From positions 357,674 through 421,673 of the IMG/VR virus record IMGVR_UViG_3300037067_004891: a stretch of DNA of 64,000 bases. One strand, given 5' to 3'. Positions 41,762-51,585 of the stretch are shown one piece after another. The notes below the pieces were generated by a model, which was not told the DNA's origin, did no database searches, and worked only from the letters and a program-made list of their open reading frames with translations. Each line of letters begins with the position of its first letter. Position 1 is the stretch's first letter. The translations under genes and the position numbers were made by a program. The DNA comes from a virus. Lineage: Duplodnaviria; Caudoviricetes.

Positions 41762-42160
41762 CTAAAGCGAAATATCGTTTGATGGGTGTTGGTTTGCTGG
41801 TGGTAATGTGATGTCTGAAACTGGTGCAATACCATTTCCACCTGCTACCATACCAGACACATTTGGATTAATTCTTGGATTTGTAGTAATATTACTATTA
41901 TCCATAGGAGAGTCTAATTGTTGATAAGGTGCAATAATATCACTGTATTTTATAGAAAGATTTGGAAAATTCCTCATATTACTTTCTTCGATATTATGCG
42001 ATACAAGAAATGTATTCTTAGAAAACTTTTTAACTATTTTAACTGGAGTAACAATAGGGTTTCCATCTGTTATTTCATATCTAATTAAAACAATTTCACC
42101 TTCTGTATAATCACTATGAGAATTGTCTTCGAATGTTTTATAATCTTGTATGTATATCAT
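41762..42160 (-). CDS. Hypothetical protein with CTS-like N-terminus
   Basis: MIYIQDYKTFE start. Confidence 0.5.
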   Translation of the reverse strand: MIYIQDYKTFEDNSHSDYTEGEIVLIRYEITDGNPIVTPVKIVKKFSKNTFLVSHNIEESNMRNFPNLSIKYSDIIAPYQQLDSPMDNSNITTNPRINPNVSGMVAGGNGIAPVSDITLPPANQHPSNDISL

Positions 42161-42230
42161 TTTTATTTTTAAATTTATATTATATATAAAAAATAGCAAT
42201 TAATAATTGTAAATGTTTTTAATTATTTAA

Positions 42231-42887
42231 TTATATTTTTATATCGTTTTGAGAAATAAATTCCTCAAACCGTATCAATTTTTGTTCTATTTCATCTATA
42301 CCAAAATCATAATAATCTTTGAATTCTTCTTTCTTATCAGAAATTAATATAGCAGCATTAACAGCATATCTTCCATATATTTTTCCTCTCTGTTTATACA
42401 TTTGTACTACATTTTTTCCAATAGGTTCAGAATTTAATTTATCAATTTCAAGTTCTGATAATCCCTCTTTCTCTATTCTTTTTGCGATTGGTAAAATATA
42501 TTTTGATATTCTTTTAAAAATATGATATGAACTTTTTATATTTTTTGTTCGTATTTCTTTTGATTTTATTTTTAAATTTTTTGCTTCATCATCTTTTTCT
42601 ATAATCTTTTGTATCAATTCATCTGAATATTTTTCACTATATGATAAATCAAAATCATTTTTTCTACCAAGTTTAGAAATATTTGCTGAGTGGTTTGATA
42701 TTCTAATTGAAATTCCATTCTCTGTACGTAAATAAATAGAATCACCTCTCATTGAACCACTAATAGAATAAATAATTAAATTCTTTCTTTTTAATTGAGA
42801 TGTAAGTATATCTGCTGAAACATCAGCTTTATTTTTTACTGCAATATTTTCATTAAACAATAAAAACGATTGAATATATTTTCTCAT
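42231..42887 (-). CDS. Hypothetical protein with CTS-like N-terminus
   Basis: MRKYIQSFLLFNE; SIYL...IRISNH. Confidence 0.5.
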   Translation of the reverse strand: MRKYIQSFLLFNENIAVKNKADVSADILTSQLKRKNLIIYSISGSMRGDSIYLRTENGISIRISNHSANISKLGRKNDFDLSYSEKYSDELIQKIIEKDDEAKNLKIKSKEIRTKNIKSSYHIFKRISKYILPIAKRIEKEGLSELEIDKLNSEPIGKNVVQMYKQRGKIYGRYAVNAAILISDKKEEFKDYYDFGIDEIEQKLIRFEEFISQNDIKI

Positions 42888-42888
42888 A

Positions 42889-43224
42889 TTAAAACTCTTC
42901 CATTTCTGTATTTGTTTGGATTAAAACATCATGATTATCTGCCCAATCGTATATTGAATCAAAAATATTATGTGATGCTTTTTCATCTGTGACATTATTT
43001 AATTTCTGTATTACACTGTCTAATTTGACCCAAGCCTCATTATTATATAATTTGACTATATCATTTTTCTTTTTTAACATATAATCCCTATACAACTTAC
43101 AAAAATCAGTTATTGAAAGTTCACCTGATGAATATTTGTGCCATATATCCGCAATATTAAATGTCAGACTCCAATCTGCGTTTTCTAAAATTAATTGATA
43201 TTTTTCAAAATGCATAAAATTCAT
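42889..43224 (-). CDS. Hypothetical protein
   Basis: MHFEKYQLILE N-terminus; IYDWAD. Confidence 0.5.
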   Translation of the reverse strand: MNFMHFEKYQLILENADWSLTFNIADIWHKYSSGELSITDFCKLYRDYMLKKKNDIVKLYNNEAWVKLDSVIQKLNNVTDEKASHNIFDSIYDWADNHDVLIQTNTEMEEF

Positions 43225-43228
43225 AATC

Positions 43229-45496
43229 TTATATATTAATTTTAAGAAGTTTATTAATTAAATCAAACAATTCTATTTTATTTATAGGTTTAGATACATA
43301 TCCATTAAATCCCATATTTAAACAATCAACTTTATCATTTTTCATAGCATATGCAGTTTGAGCTATGATAATAGCATTTGGGTTTAAATCTCTTATCCTT
43401 TCTTTAGCTTCAATCCCATTCATAATTGGCATCTGTATATCCATTAATATAATATCTGGATTATATTTAACAAAATATTCTAATGCTAATTTACCATTTT
43501 CAGCGTGTATTAAATCACAACCTGTGTTTTTAATAATTTCATATAAATATTCATAATTGGTCTGCATATCTTCAACTATTAAAATTTTTTTTCCACGCCA
43601 ATCATAATCATTGATATCGAAAATAGGATCGTCCAACTGTTTGTAATCTATAACAGGATTAAATGGAACAGTAAAATAAAAAATAGTACCTTCTTTAGAT
43701 TTGGATTCTAACCATATATCACCGCCCATCATTTTAACCAAATTCAAACAAATATTTAAACCGAGTCCAGTTCCACCATATTTTCTGGTTTTACTTTCAT
43801 CAATCTGTCTAAATCTTTCAAAAATTAAATCTTTATATTTTTTATCAATACCAATACCAGTATCCTTTACAAAAAATTCTAATTTATCACCATTAATTAA
43901 AAAACCATATTCAATATACCCTTCTTCTGTGAATTTGATAGCGTTACTTATTAAATTTGATAAAACTTGTTTCACACGATATGGGTCAATATATGCTAAT
44001 AACTTTTTTGTTTTTGAACAACTTTCACAAATAAGATTTATATTTTTATTATTGAATTTAATTTTATTTTTATAAGTAGTATACAAATCTACCATAATAT
44101 TATCAATATAAAATTCAATTTCTTCTATTTTCAATTCATCAGCCTCTATTTTAGCAATGTCTATGATGTCATCGATCAATTTTAACAATTCATCACCACT
44201 TTCATTTACTATTTGAATATATTCAGCTTTCTCTTTTATTGTTATATTATCGTCTTTTAATAAATCAGAAAACCCAACTATAGCATTCATAGGTGTTCTG
44301 ATTTCATGAGATAAATTAGCTAAGAAAGCTGATTTTAATTTATCTGCTTTTTCTGCTTTTTCTTTCGCTTGTTCCAAATCGATAATATATTGTTTTCTAT
44401 CTGATATATCTCTTATTATTGTTAATAATCTGTCTTTACCATCATAATTAATTATTTTACCAGCCATTAAACCAGTTTTTTCTTCTCCATTTTTTAATAT
44501 AAATTCGACTTCATAATTATAATATTCTCCATTATTTTTTTTTAATATTTTTATCATTTCATCTCTTTTTTCAGGATGTTTCCAAATATTCAATTCATAA
44601 ATAGTTTTACCAATACATTCAGACCTATTCCATCCAGTGTTTTTTTCAAATGAATTATTAACTTCTAAATATTCAGATGTTTCTAAATCTGTGACAAGAA
44701 CAGAATCTGGAATAAACATAAATATTTTTGTAAATTTATCTTCACTCAATTTTATTATATTTTCCATTTCTCTACGAATAGTTGTATCTCTTGTAAAAAC
44801 GAAAACATATTCTTCATCATCAATTTTAAAGTAGTTTAAAGAAGCTTCCATTGGAAAGTTTTCACTGTTTTTAGTAAGATGAAAATGTTCCAATGTTATA
44901 TTTTTTTTCTTTTTTAAAATATTAAAATATTCTTTCCATAAACTTCGATATTCTTTTGGTACAAGTTCGTACCAAGATTTTTTTTTATTTATTTCACCTT
45001 CACCATAACCTAACATTTCATGATAAGAAATATTACAATATGTTATATCGCCATTTAAACTTAACCACATCATTCCTTCTTTGGTATTTTCTATTGAAAA
45101 TTCCTTCATCTTTAAAACTTTTTCAAGTTCTTTTTTATTAGTTATGTCTTCTTTAACAGCAACATATTTTAATATATTACCTTCATCATCTTTAAAAGAT
45201 GATATGGAAGCGGATTCCCAATAGAATGTTCCATCTTTTCTTTTATTATGAAATTCACCTTTCCACTCTTTACCTAATGATATAGTTTCCCATAATTGTT
45301 TATAAAATTCGTTTGTTTGTAAGCCAGATTTTAATATACTTGGTTTTTGACCCAAAACTTCTTTCTTAGAGTAACCAGATACTTCTATGAATTTGTTGTT
45401 TACAAATTCTACAACACCATTTTTATCTGTTATAATAATACTGGCAGGTGAACATTCAACAGCTTTCAATAAAATTTCGGTGTTTATAATAGACAT
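43229..45496 (-). CDS. Hybrid sensor histidine kinase (3 PAS + HisKA + HATPase + receiver)
   Basis: PAS/PAC segments, FLANLSHEIRTPMN H-box, NLISNAIKFT, VKDTGIGI, GGTGLGL, ILIVED...ILMDIQMP...KP. Confidence 0.95.
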   Translation of the reverse strand: MSIINTEILLKAVECSPASIIITDKNGVVEFVNNKFIEVSGYSKKEVLGQKPSILKSGLQTNEFYKQLWETISLGKEWKGEFHNKRKDGTFYWESASISSFKDDEGNILKYVAVKEDITNKKELEKVLKMKEFSIENTKEGMMWLSLNGDITYCNISYHEMLGYGEGEINKKKSWYELVPKEYRSLWKEYFNILKKKKNITLEHFHLTKNSENFPMEASLNYFKIDDEEYVFVFTRDTTIRREMENIIKLSEDKFTKIFMFIPDSVLVTDLETSEYLEVNNSFEKNTGWNRSECIGKTIYELNIWKHPEKRDEMIKILKKNNGEYYNYEVEFILKNGEEKTGLMAGKIINYDGKDRLLTIIRDISDRKQYIIDLEQAKEKAEKADKLKSAFLANLSHEIRTPMNAIVGFSDLLKDDNITIKEKAEYIQIVNESGDELLKLIDDIIDIAKIEADELKIEEIEFYIDNIMVDLYTTYKNKIKFNNKNINLICESCSKTKKLLAYIDPYRVKQVLSNLISNAIKFTEEGYIEYGFLINGDKLEFFVKDTGIGIDKKYKDLIFERFRQIDESKTRKYGGTGLGLNICLNLVKMMGGDIWLESKSKEGTIFYFTVPFNPVIDYKQLDDPIFDINDYDWRGKKILIVEDMQTNYEYLYEIIKNTGCDLIHAENGKLALEYFVKYNPDIILMDIQMPIMNGIEAKERIRDLNPNAIIIAQTAYAMKNDKVDCLNMGFNGYVSKPINKIELFDLINKLLKINI

Positions 45497-45510
45497 TTTA
45501 AATTTTCATT

Positions 45511-45526
45511 TTTAATATATATTAAA
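45511..45526. promoter_or_regulatory. Palindromic copy of the candidate phage promoter motif TTTAATATATA, between divergent genes
   Basis: TTTAATATATATTAAA lies between starts at 45496 (-) and 45543 (+). The same motif precedes many other genes. Confidence 0.45.
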
Positions 45527-45542
45527 AACATAAAAAGAAAAC

Positions 45543-46019
45543 ATGAAATATATAGATAAATTTGGAGTATTTGAAAGATATAAACCAGAAGAAACTACAA
45601 AAGGTGAATATTTTCATTTTCTAACAAAAGCGTATGATGTTGAAAAAGCATGGGATTTGATTCGAAAAAATACAGAAAAATTTATTAAAAAAGATGGTTC
45701 TTTTTATGAACTTCCAGTAGATGATTTTTATAAGTTAGTTTCAAGGACATTTGATGAAGATGGTGTCCAAGTATAAGGAGATGAAAGAGTAATGGGAAAA
45801 ATATATAAAACAAAGTTTGGCGTAACAGTTGATAAAAAAATCGCAAATGATATAACAGAAGAACAATTAAAAGACCCAGCTATTTTTATAATGGATGGTG
45901 ATTTTCATATGTTAATTGACGGTTGGAAAAGAATATATAAAGCTAAAAAATTAGGCATCAAAACAATAAATTGTTATGTCATACAAGATGAAGCTGATTT
46001 GAAAAAAATCAGATTATAA
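45543..46019 (+). pseudogene. ParB/Srx-like protein interrupted by one in-frame TAA (45774-45776)
   Basis: The two ORFs are in the same frame. The second half has LIDGWKRIYKAKKLGIKTI, a ParB-like motif. Confidence 0.55.
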
Positions 46020-46040
46020 TTACATCTATATTTTTTATTG

Positions 46041-46078
46041 AAAGAGAATCACAAAATCTTTAGTTTAGCGGTAGTTTA
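46041..46078 (+). mobile_element. Minimal IS200/IS605 end remnant
   Basis: aaagagaatcac joined to aaatctttagtttagcggtagttta; these match the two ends of the 54670-55068 element. Confidence 0.4.
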
Positions 46079-46209
46079 TTTGTAATTTTCTTTAATTCAA
46101 TTTTTAACCGCTTTAAAATTAGTTGTTATCATCTTTTGGTTTGAAATAGGTGCATGACTGTATCGATTCATTAATTCATAAAATTCTTGTGAATCTAATA
46201 AAAGATGAA

Positions 46210-46510
46210 GTTGTGTCAACCCTCATTTTTGTATGTTCACTCACCTCACGAATGCAAAAATCCAAAAGTCCAACATGTTGTGTCAACCCTCATTTTTGTA
46301 TGTTCACTCACCTAAATTATGGACGTACATAAATGGCTTCCCGTTGTGTCAACCCTCATTTTTGTATGTTCACTCACCAATGAAAGAACTTACAAAAACA
46401 ACGGTATCTGTTGTGTCAACCCTCATTTTTGTATGTTCACTCACCAGTCCGTTGGCAGAAACATTTTGAAAATCGTTGTGTCAACCCTCATTTTTGTATG
46501 TTCACTCACC
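46210..46510. CRISPR. CRISPR-like array 1: 5 identical 36-bp repeats, 4 spacers (31, 30, 31, 29 bp)
   Basis: Repeat GTTGTGTCAACCCTCATTTTTGTATGTTCACTCACC at 46210, 46277, 46343, 46410 and 46475, with unique spacers. No cas genes recognised in the window. Confidence 0.95.
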
Positions 46511-46788
46511 ATACCACCCACTAATTCATTAGCATTCAATCTGTTAAGATGATATTTCGTTTCTAAAACTTGATAAATTTTATAATAATCATAATATAAA
46601 GTGTGATTTTTTAAATTGTAGTTAAAATAAACTATATTATCTTTTTTCCCAATTAAAAATTGGGAATTATACTTAAAAATATACTTAGAATCAACCCACT
46701 CAGTATCTTTAATTATTTGCCATAAAAAATACTTCGGGCTTCTGGCTTCCTGTATCTTTCGAATTATATCTGATATATCTTCTTCCAT
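46441..46788 (-). CDS. Array-fused small protein A; C-terminus encoded by the first repeat plus first spacer
   Basis: Near-identical paralog at 52580..52903. Reads ...GGMVSEHTKMRVDTT-IFKMFLPTDW*. Start MEEDI chosen by paralogy. Confidence 0.8.
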   Translation of the reverse strand: MEEDISDIIRKIQEARSPKYFLWQIIKDTEWVDSKYIFKYNSQFLIGKKDNIVYFNYNLKNHTLYYDYYKIYQVLETKYHLNRLNANELVGGMVSEHTKMRVDTTIFKMFLPTDW

Positions 46789-46828
46789 TTTTAATTTTAA
46801 AAATCGAAAAATATCCATATTAATTTTT

Positions 46829-47980
46829 TTAAATTGAATAAAAATTTTTTCTTATTTGTTGTAAGACATACTTGGAAAATTTTTCATCTATATCATCTTT
46901 CAAAGTGGATGTTTTATAGACAGCTTCTATTTCTAAAATTTTATCATCAGAATCTTTTATAATATCATCATATTCCCTATTACCATGCTTTATATCTAAT
47001 AATAACTCTCTGTCTGGTCGTTTAACAATTACCCCCTTCCCTTGTCCAATTTCAAGACACATTGTTAATAATCTTGTTAGATGTAAAAGATTTTTTGAGT
47101 CATAGTTCTTACCATGTTTCATATTGGTATCATAACGAACTGGATTTCTTTTTGCAACCCACGACCAATATTCAGAGTAGTCCTTACAATAAGATGTGTA
47201 ACCATCTTTATTATAAGAAAAAATACATTTTGGTGTTTCAGTTTCTCTTACAGAACTGTACCTTAATTCATTTGATACAAGTTCACCCGCTTCGTTTTCT
47301 TTTACAATTCCTTTATATCCTTTAAATGAATCTTTAAATTTTTTAAATGCTTCAAGTCCATCTTTTTCTTCTATACTATCATCAAAACAAGCATGTGAAA
47401 ATTCATCATAGAATAACGAAAAAACGTCTCTTGCGTTAGGGACATTAACTATACCACAAAACTTTTGATTAAGCCCATTCTTGCTTAAAAAGCGTTTTAA
47501 TGGGTATGTTTTGTAACCATCAATAACAAAACAAAATTCCAGTGGACTCTTTTTTTCTTTAGCAACTGGTTTAACAATTTTTTTATTTAAACCTCTGGCT
47601 TTTTTTATTTGTTGTTCGGCATATTTACCAAAAGTTTCTTTTAGTTTTTTGGAAATATATTTTTCTTTATTTTCTAATAAAATATCAAAACATTCGTGTT
47701 TAATTCGAATTTTTTCTTCTGGAGAAAATAATAATTCGACTGCTGTCGGATTTGATTTATTAAGAAGTTCGATGAAACGTCCAATTTCGAAATAAGTTAT
47801 ATCATTTTTTTCATCAGATACCTCAGTAATATAATCATCAGACAATACATCATCTAAAGGAAGTACAAATACTCCTTTATAATCAATATCTGAATTAGCT
47901 TCATTTAATCCATAAGCATGAGAGCCTGTGAGAGCTTCAAATATGATTAGATTTTTATCTTTAAGGTCTTGTATTGTCAT
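46829..47980 (-). CDS. RlaP/YcgL-like DNA polymerase beta-superfamily nucleotidyltransferase
   Basis: GSHAYGL...SDIDYKGVF, L.KSNPT.VELL, YDSKN..H..RLL. Confidence 0.8.
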   Translation of the reverse strand: MTIQDLKDKNLIIFEALTGSHAYGLNEANSDIDYKGVFVLPLDDVLSDDYITEVSDEKNDITYFEIGRFIELLNKSNPTAVELLFSPEEKIRIKHECFDILLENKEKYISKKLKETFGKYAEQQIKKARGLNKKIVKPVAKEKKSPLEFCFVIDGYKTYPLKRFLSKNGLNQKFCGIVNVPNARDVFSLFYDEFSHACFDDSIEEKDGLEAFKKFKDSFKGYKGIVKENEAGELVSNELRYSSVRETETPKCIFSYNKDGYTSYCKDYSEYWSWVAKRNPVRYDTNMKHGKNYDSKNLLHLTRLLTMCLEIGQGKGVIVKRPDRELLLDIKHGNREYDDIIKDSDDKILEIEAVYKTSTLKDDIDEKFSKYVLQQIRKNFYSI

Positions 47981-48041
47981 ATATTAAATTTTAAACAAAA
48001 CTAATAAATATTAATATATAAAAAAAATTATAAAATATATT

Positions 48042-49283
48042 TTGTTATTAAAAGATTTTCCTAAATTATTTTCTCAATTACATTCTACTAAAAATGGAAA
48101 TATAGATACAAATAACGTATCTTATAAAAGTGGATTGAAAGTCTGGTGGGTGTGTGATAAAGGTCATGAATGGCAAGCTAAAATATTCAGTAGAATGGAT
48201 GGTAATAATTGTCCATATTGTTCTGGTAAATTTTTTTCAGAAAAAAATTCTTTTGTATACAATTACCCTGAATTAATAAAAGAATGGGATTATAATAAGA
48301 ATATAAACGTGGATATTCACAAAATAAAATATTCGAGTAAGTTAAAAGTTTGGTGGAAATGTAAATATGGTCATGAGTGGGAAGCTAAAATATTAAATAG
48401 AACTATAAATAAAAGTGGATGTCCGTATTGTTCTGGAAGTCTTTTAACAGAAAAAAATTCTCTTGTATATAATTACCCTGAATTAATAAAAGAATGGATT
48501 TTTAATAAAAACACGAAATTTGATATCAATAAAATCACATATGGAAATAAAACTAAAGTTTGGTGGAAATGTAAAAATGGACACGAATGGGAAGCTTCTA
48601 TATTAAATAGAACTACTAAAAATAGCCAATGTCCAAACTGCAATTTTAATAATACTTCACAGATTGAAATAAGATTATATTGTGAGTTAAAATGTATTTT
48701 TTCTGATATTTATAATAGAAAAAAAATAAATAATATTGAAGTTGATATATTTATACCACTAATAAACCTTTTAATAGAATATGATGGTAGTTATTGGCAC
48801 AAAAATAAAGAAGATGTAGATTTAAAAAAGAACGAAATATTAAAAGAAAATAATTATAATATAATAAGAATTCGAGAATACCCATTATGTGTATTAAATA
48901 ATAATGATATTATATACATCCCTAAAAATAAGTTTTTAAATACAATTAAAGAATTACTTATTTTAATTAATAGTAAATATGTAATACCTGATTTATATAA
49001 AAAAAGAATATATGAATACTTAAAAACAGATTCATATTTAAACCCTGTCGAATATAATGATATTATCAATAATTTAATTATGCCTATAAAAACAAATTTA
49101 TCAATTGTATATCCCAATATTAATAAAGATTGGAATGAATATAAAAACGGTTTGTTAAAATTAGATATGTTCTCTAAAGGGAGTCATAGAAAAGTTTGGT
49201 GGAAGTGTGAAAATGGACATGAATATGAAAGAACAATTAAAAATAAATTTAAATATAATAACTGTCCAATTTGTAAAAGGTGA
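48042..49283 (+). CDS. Zinc-ribbon repeat (DUF4379-like) protein with PD-(D/E)XK/DUF559-like nuclease domain, a probable homing endonuclease
   Basis: Four KVWWxC..GHE(W/Y)...CP.C repeats; EVDIFIP....IEYDGSYWH. Opposite strand to its neighbours. Confidence 0.75.
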   Translation: MLLKDFPKLFSQLHSTKNGNIDTNNVSYKSGLKVWWVCDKGHEWQAKIFSRMDGNNCPYCSGKFFSEKNSFVYNYPELIKEWDYNKNINVDIHKIKYSSKLKVWWKCKYGHEWEAKILNRTINKSGCPYCSGSLLTEKNSLVYNYPELIKEWIFNKNTKFDINKITYGNKTKVWWKCKNGHEWEASILNRTTKNSQCPNCNFNNTSQIEIRLYCELKCIFSDIYNRKKINNIEVDIFIPLINLLIEYDGSYWHKNKEDVDLKKNEILKENNYNIIRIREYPLCVLNNNDIIYIPKNKFLNTIKELLILINSKYVIPDLYKKRIYEYLKTDSYLNPVEYNDIINNLIMPIKTNLSIVYPNINKDWNEYKNGLLKLDMFSKGSHRKVWWKCENGHEYERTIKNKFKYNNCPICKR

Positions 49284-49286
49284 ATA

Positions 49287-49508
49287 TTATTTTTCTTTTT
49301 TAGATACAGTTATTTTTAATGTTGTATAATCATAACCAGCATTGGTCAGCATGGTTTTCAAATTTTCTTCCCAATCTACACGATGTCCAGTAGTTTTCAT
49401 CATTTCGAAGAACACGCCCATCAAAAATTTACCACTGTTGTCAGGATAATCGAAAACCCAATCGTTCTCCCGTTTACTCCATTTGAGTTTTATAACTGGT
49501 TTTCCCAT
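49287..49508 (-). CDS. Hypothetical protein
   Basis: ORF in a minus-strand run. Confidence 0.45.
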   Translation of the reverse strand: MGKPVIKLKWSKRENDWVFDYPDNSGKFLMGVFFEMMKTTGHRVDWEENLKTMLTNAGYDYTTLKITVSKKEK

Positions 49509-49831
49509 AATGATTCTATTTTTAATTTTCTGATTTCTTCTTTTGTTTTGTAAACATGTATATCAACAGGACATTTGACCTTTTCATCTTCTGAATATGC
49601 CCACTCATATACATCTTTATTAAAATCTGAATGATTTACATCAATATGTCCTAAAATCTGATGTGTGTTTTTTAATTCAATCGGGTGACAATCTGCCATT
49701 GCCCAGTGTTTTTGTGCTAATTCTCGCATAGATAAGCCATTTGTTCTAAACACACCAACATAACTATTCCAGTTATATCTAACTGCAACTATATGTCCAA
49801 TTTCCATTTCTTTGTTAAATATATCTTTCAT
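49490..49831 (-). CDS. Hypothetical protein
   Basis: MKDIFNKEMEIGHIV start; IRKLKIESL C-terminal motif. Confidence 0.5.
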   Translation of the reverse strand: MKDIFNKEMEIGHIVAVRYNWNSYVGVFRTNGLSMRELAQKHWAMADCHPIELKNTHQILGHIDVNHSDFNKDVYEWAYSEDEKVKCPVDIHVYKTKEEIRKLKIESLWENQL

Positions 49832-49835
49832 ATAA

Positions 49836-50237
49836 TTAAAATTTACAAATAGTTCTAATGTGATCGGCAGCATCATAAAACCCGAATTTATTGGCAATTT
49901 GCCATAAATCTTTCATTTGGTCAATCATCGAATCCTGACGTTGAGGGCATTGTTCTACTTTTTTTAATTCGGTTTCCCAATCGGTAATAGAAATAACATC
50001 AATGGTGTTTTCGACAATTCTAATTTCTCTTTTCGATAATTCACTTAAAATGATATCCTGTTCAGTTATTTCATCAAATAATATCGAATCATTTTTAATC
50101 ATATCATTATAAAGAGTTTCATCAAATATTAGAACTGTTTTGGACATATTTTCAACCATCGAATAATATATTATAGTATCACCTATGATATAATTTAAAA
50201 TTTTTTCGTTTTTATCGACTAATACAAAATATTCCAT
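49836..50237 (-). CDS. Hypothetical protein
   Basis: ORF in the run; C-terminal QRQDS..DQ..DL...ANKFG.YDAAD. Confidence 0.5.
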   Translation of the reverse strand: MEYFVLVDKNEKILNYIIGDTIIYYSMVENMSKTVLIFDETLYNDMIKNDSILFDEITEQDIILSELSKREIRIVENTIDVISITDWETELKKVEQCPQRQDSMIDQMKDLWQIANKFGFYDAADHIRTICKF

Positions 50238-50521
50238 AATAATTAAATATTAAATGCAACTTCTTTTAATTTATCAAAATTGAATTTTTCATAACTATGC
50301 CAGTTATCTAAATCCGAAAATCTATGGTCATCTTTATCAGCAACAAAATATATGATGGCATCTTCGGTGATATCAGCTTTCAATTCTTCAATAGTATCAT
50401 ATTGTCTTTTGAATGAACCAGCTTCCCTATCTAAAAAGGATAACCATCGGATTTTCTCCGATACCGTGATAATATGCTACTGTGAATTTTTTTGTGGCCA
50501 TATAAAAAAATTAGGGTGAAT

Positions 50522-50863
50522 TTAAAGAAAGTATACCGCACTATTACCTTCAAAATCTAAATCAGTATCCAATACATAGGTATCGCTATTGTGTTGTCCT
50601 GTAAGTTTTGAATATTCATCAACTTCCTCGTTTATTAATAAATCAGCTGTTTTTATTTTGATATATTCTTTTGTGCTTTCGGATACCACATCGTTTTAAA
50701 ACAAAAGATAACACGGTGTTGATAACTCATTGATTATATTGCACAATATTTCTTTATCTGTTGGCAATGTTTCCGTATATCTATAAGCGTTTAATAATGT
50801 TTTTAAAACACCTAAGAAACAACTACCAAAATCATTATCACCAAATTGAATTGCTATTTTCAT
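50522..50863 (-). pseudogene. Hypothetical gene with one in-frame TAA (50696-50698)
   Basis: Manual translation MKIAIQFGDNDF...CYLLF*NDVVSE...AVYFL* stays in one frame. Confidence 0.5.
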
Positions 50864-50885
50864 AATATTTTAAAATAAATGAACC

Positions 50886-51011
50886 CTAACAATATATGTA
50901 GCAAATTAGGGGTGTCGTCGTTCCAACTTGTTGCATTCGCACTCTTTATTTAGTTCTGCAAGTTGATAGGTTAGTGCGTTCTATCCTCCAACTTGCCATA
51001 TAAAAAAGTTA
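50886..51011. repeat. Imperfect palindrome bounded by TAAC...GTTA (attC-like)
   Basis: taacaatatatgtagcaaattagggg pairs imperfectly with cctccaacttgccatataaaaaagtta. Inner caacttg/caagttg and cgcact/agtgcg pairs; locally GC-richer. Confidence 0.5.
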
Positions 51012-51014
51012 ATA

Positions 51015-51218
51015 TTATTCTTCGTCACAGAATTCAAGTGATTTTTGTACTTTATCAATTGAATCAAATATTTCACCACCTTGTTTGTGGTTTAATGGAA
51101 AATACTGCCATCCACCTTCAACTGGTTTAATAGTCCCAACACGTTTTCCATTTAATTTAACAGGTATCGAAGTGTTTCTATCACCTATTTTACCTTCTGT
51201 GTATAAATATTCTATCAT
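51015..51218 (-). CDS. Hypothetical protein
   Basis: Short ORF, VKLNGKRVGTIKPVEGGWQYFP. Confidence 0.5.
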   Translation of the reverse strand: MIEYLYTEGKIGDRNTSIPVKLNGKRVGTIKPVEGGWQYFPLNHKQGGEIFDSIDKVQKSLEFCDEE

Positions 51219-51222
51219 ATTT

Positions 51223-51552
51223 TTAAAAATTTAAATCGTAATATCTATCAATAGCTTCTTTTGATTGTAAAATAGATACAGTTAAGAACCCTTCATGTAA
51301 TCCACCTTTACCAAACCATTTCAATTTAGGAACTTCCCAGTAACCTTCAGCTCCACATGGAACGTTAGCGTTACGTTTAATTTCTAAACCACGATAATGA
51401 ATAGTACGATTGAAATTTTTAAGTTCAGTCCTTCTATCACCTTCATGTTTATCGAAAGGGTCATTCGAGACTGAGTGGCTAATTTCTATCGGTTGTGTTA
51501 AATCAAGTTCAAACATATGCTGTATAATTTTATACAACAAATATAATAACAA
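51223..51552 (-). CDS. Hypothetical protein
   Basis: ORF; the real start is probably the internal MFELD. Confidence 0.45.
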   Translation of the reverse strand: MLLYLLYKIIQHMFELDLTQPIEISHSVSNDPFDKHEGDRRTELKNFNRTIHYRGLEIKRNANVPCGAEGYWEVPKLKWFGKGGLHEGFLTVSILQSKEAIDRYYDLNF

Positions 51553-51585
51553 TAAAATAAAGAAAAAAATCGTAGAAAAAATATT

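Noticed and set aside
46150-46552. Plus-strand ORFs across array 1, and likewise 52142..52679 across array 2
   Set aside because: They are translations of repeats and spacers in all three frames (CQPSFLYV, VVSTLIFVCS, CVNPHFCMF), so they are artefacts.
46829-49283. Nucleotidyltransferase or zinc-ribbon nuclease as Cas proteins
   Set aside because: I saw no Cas1, Cas2, RuvC, HNH, RAMP or paired HEPN signatures; their motifs fit other known families.
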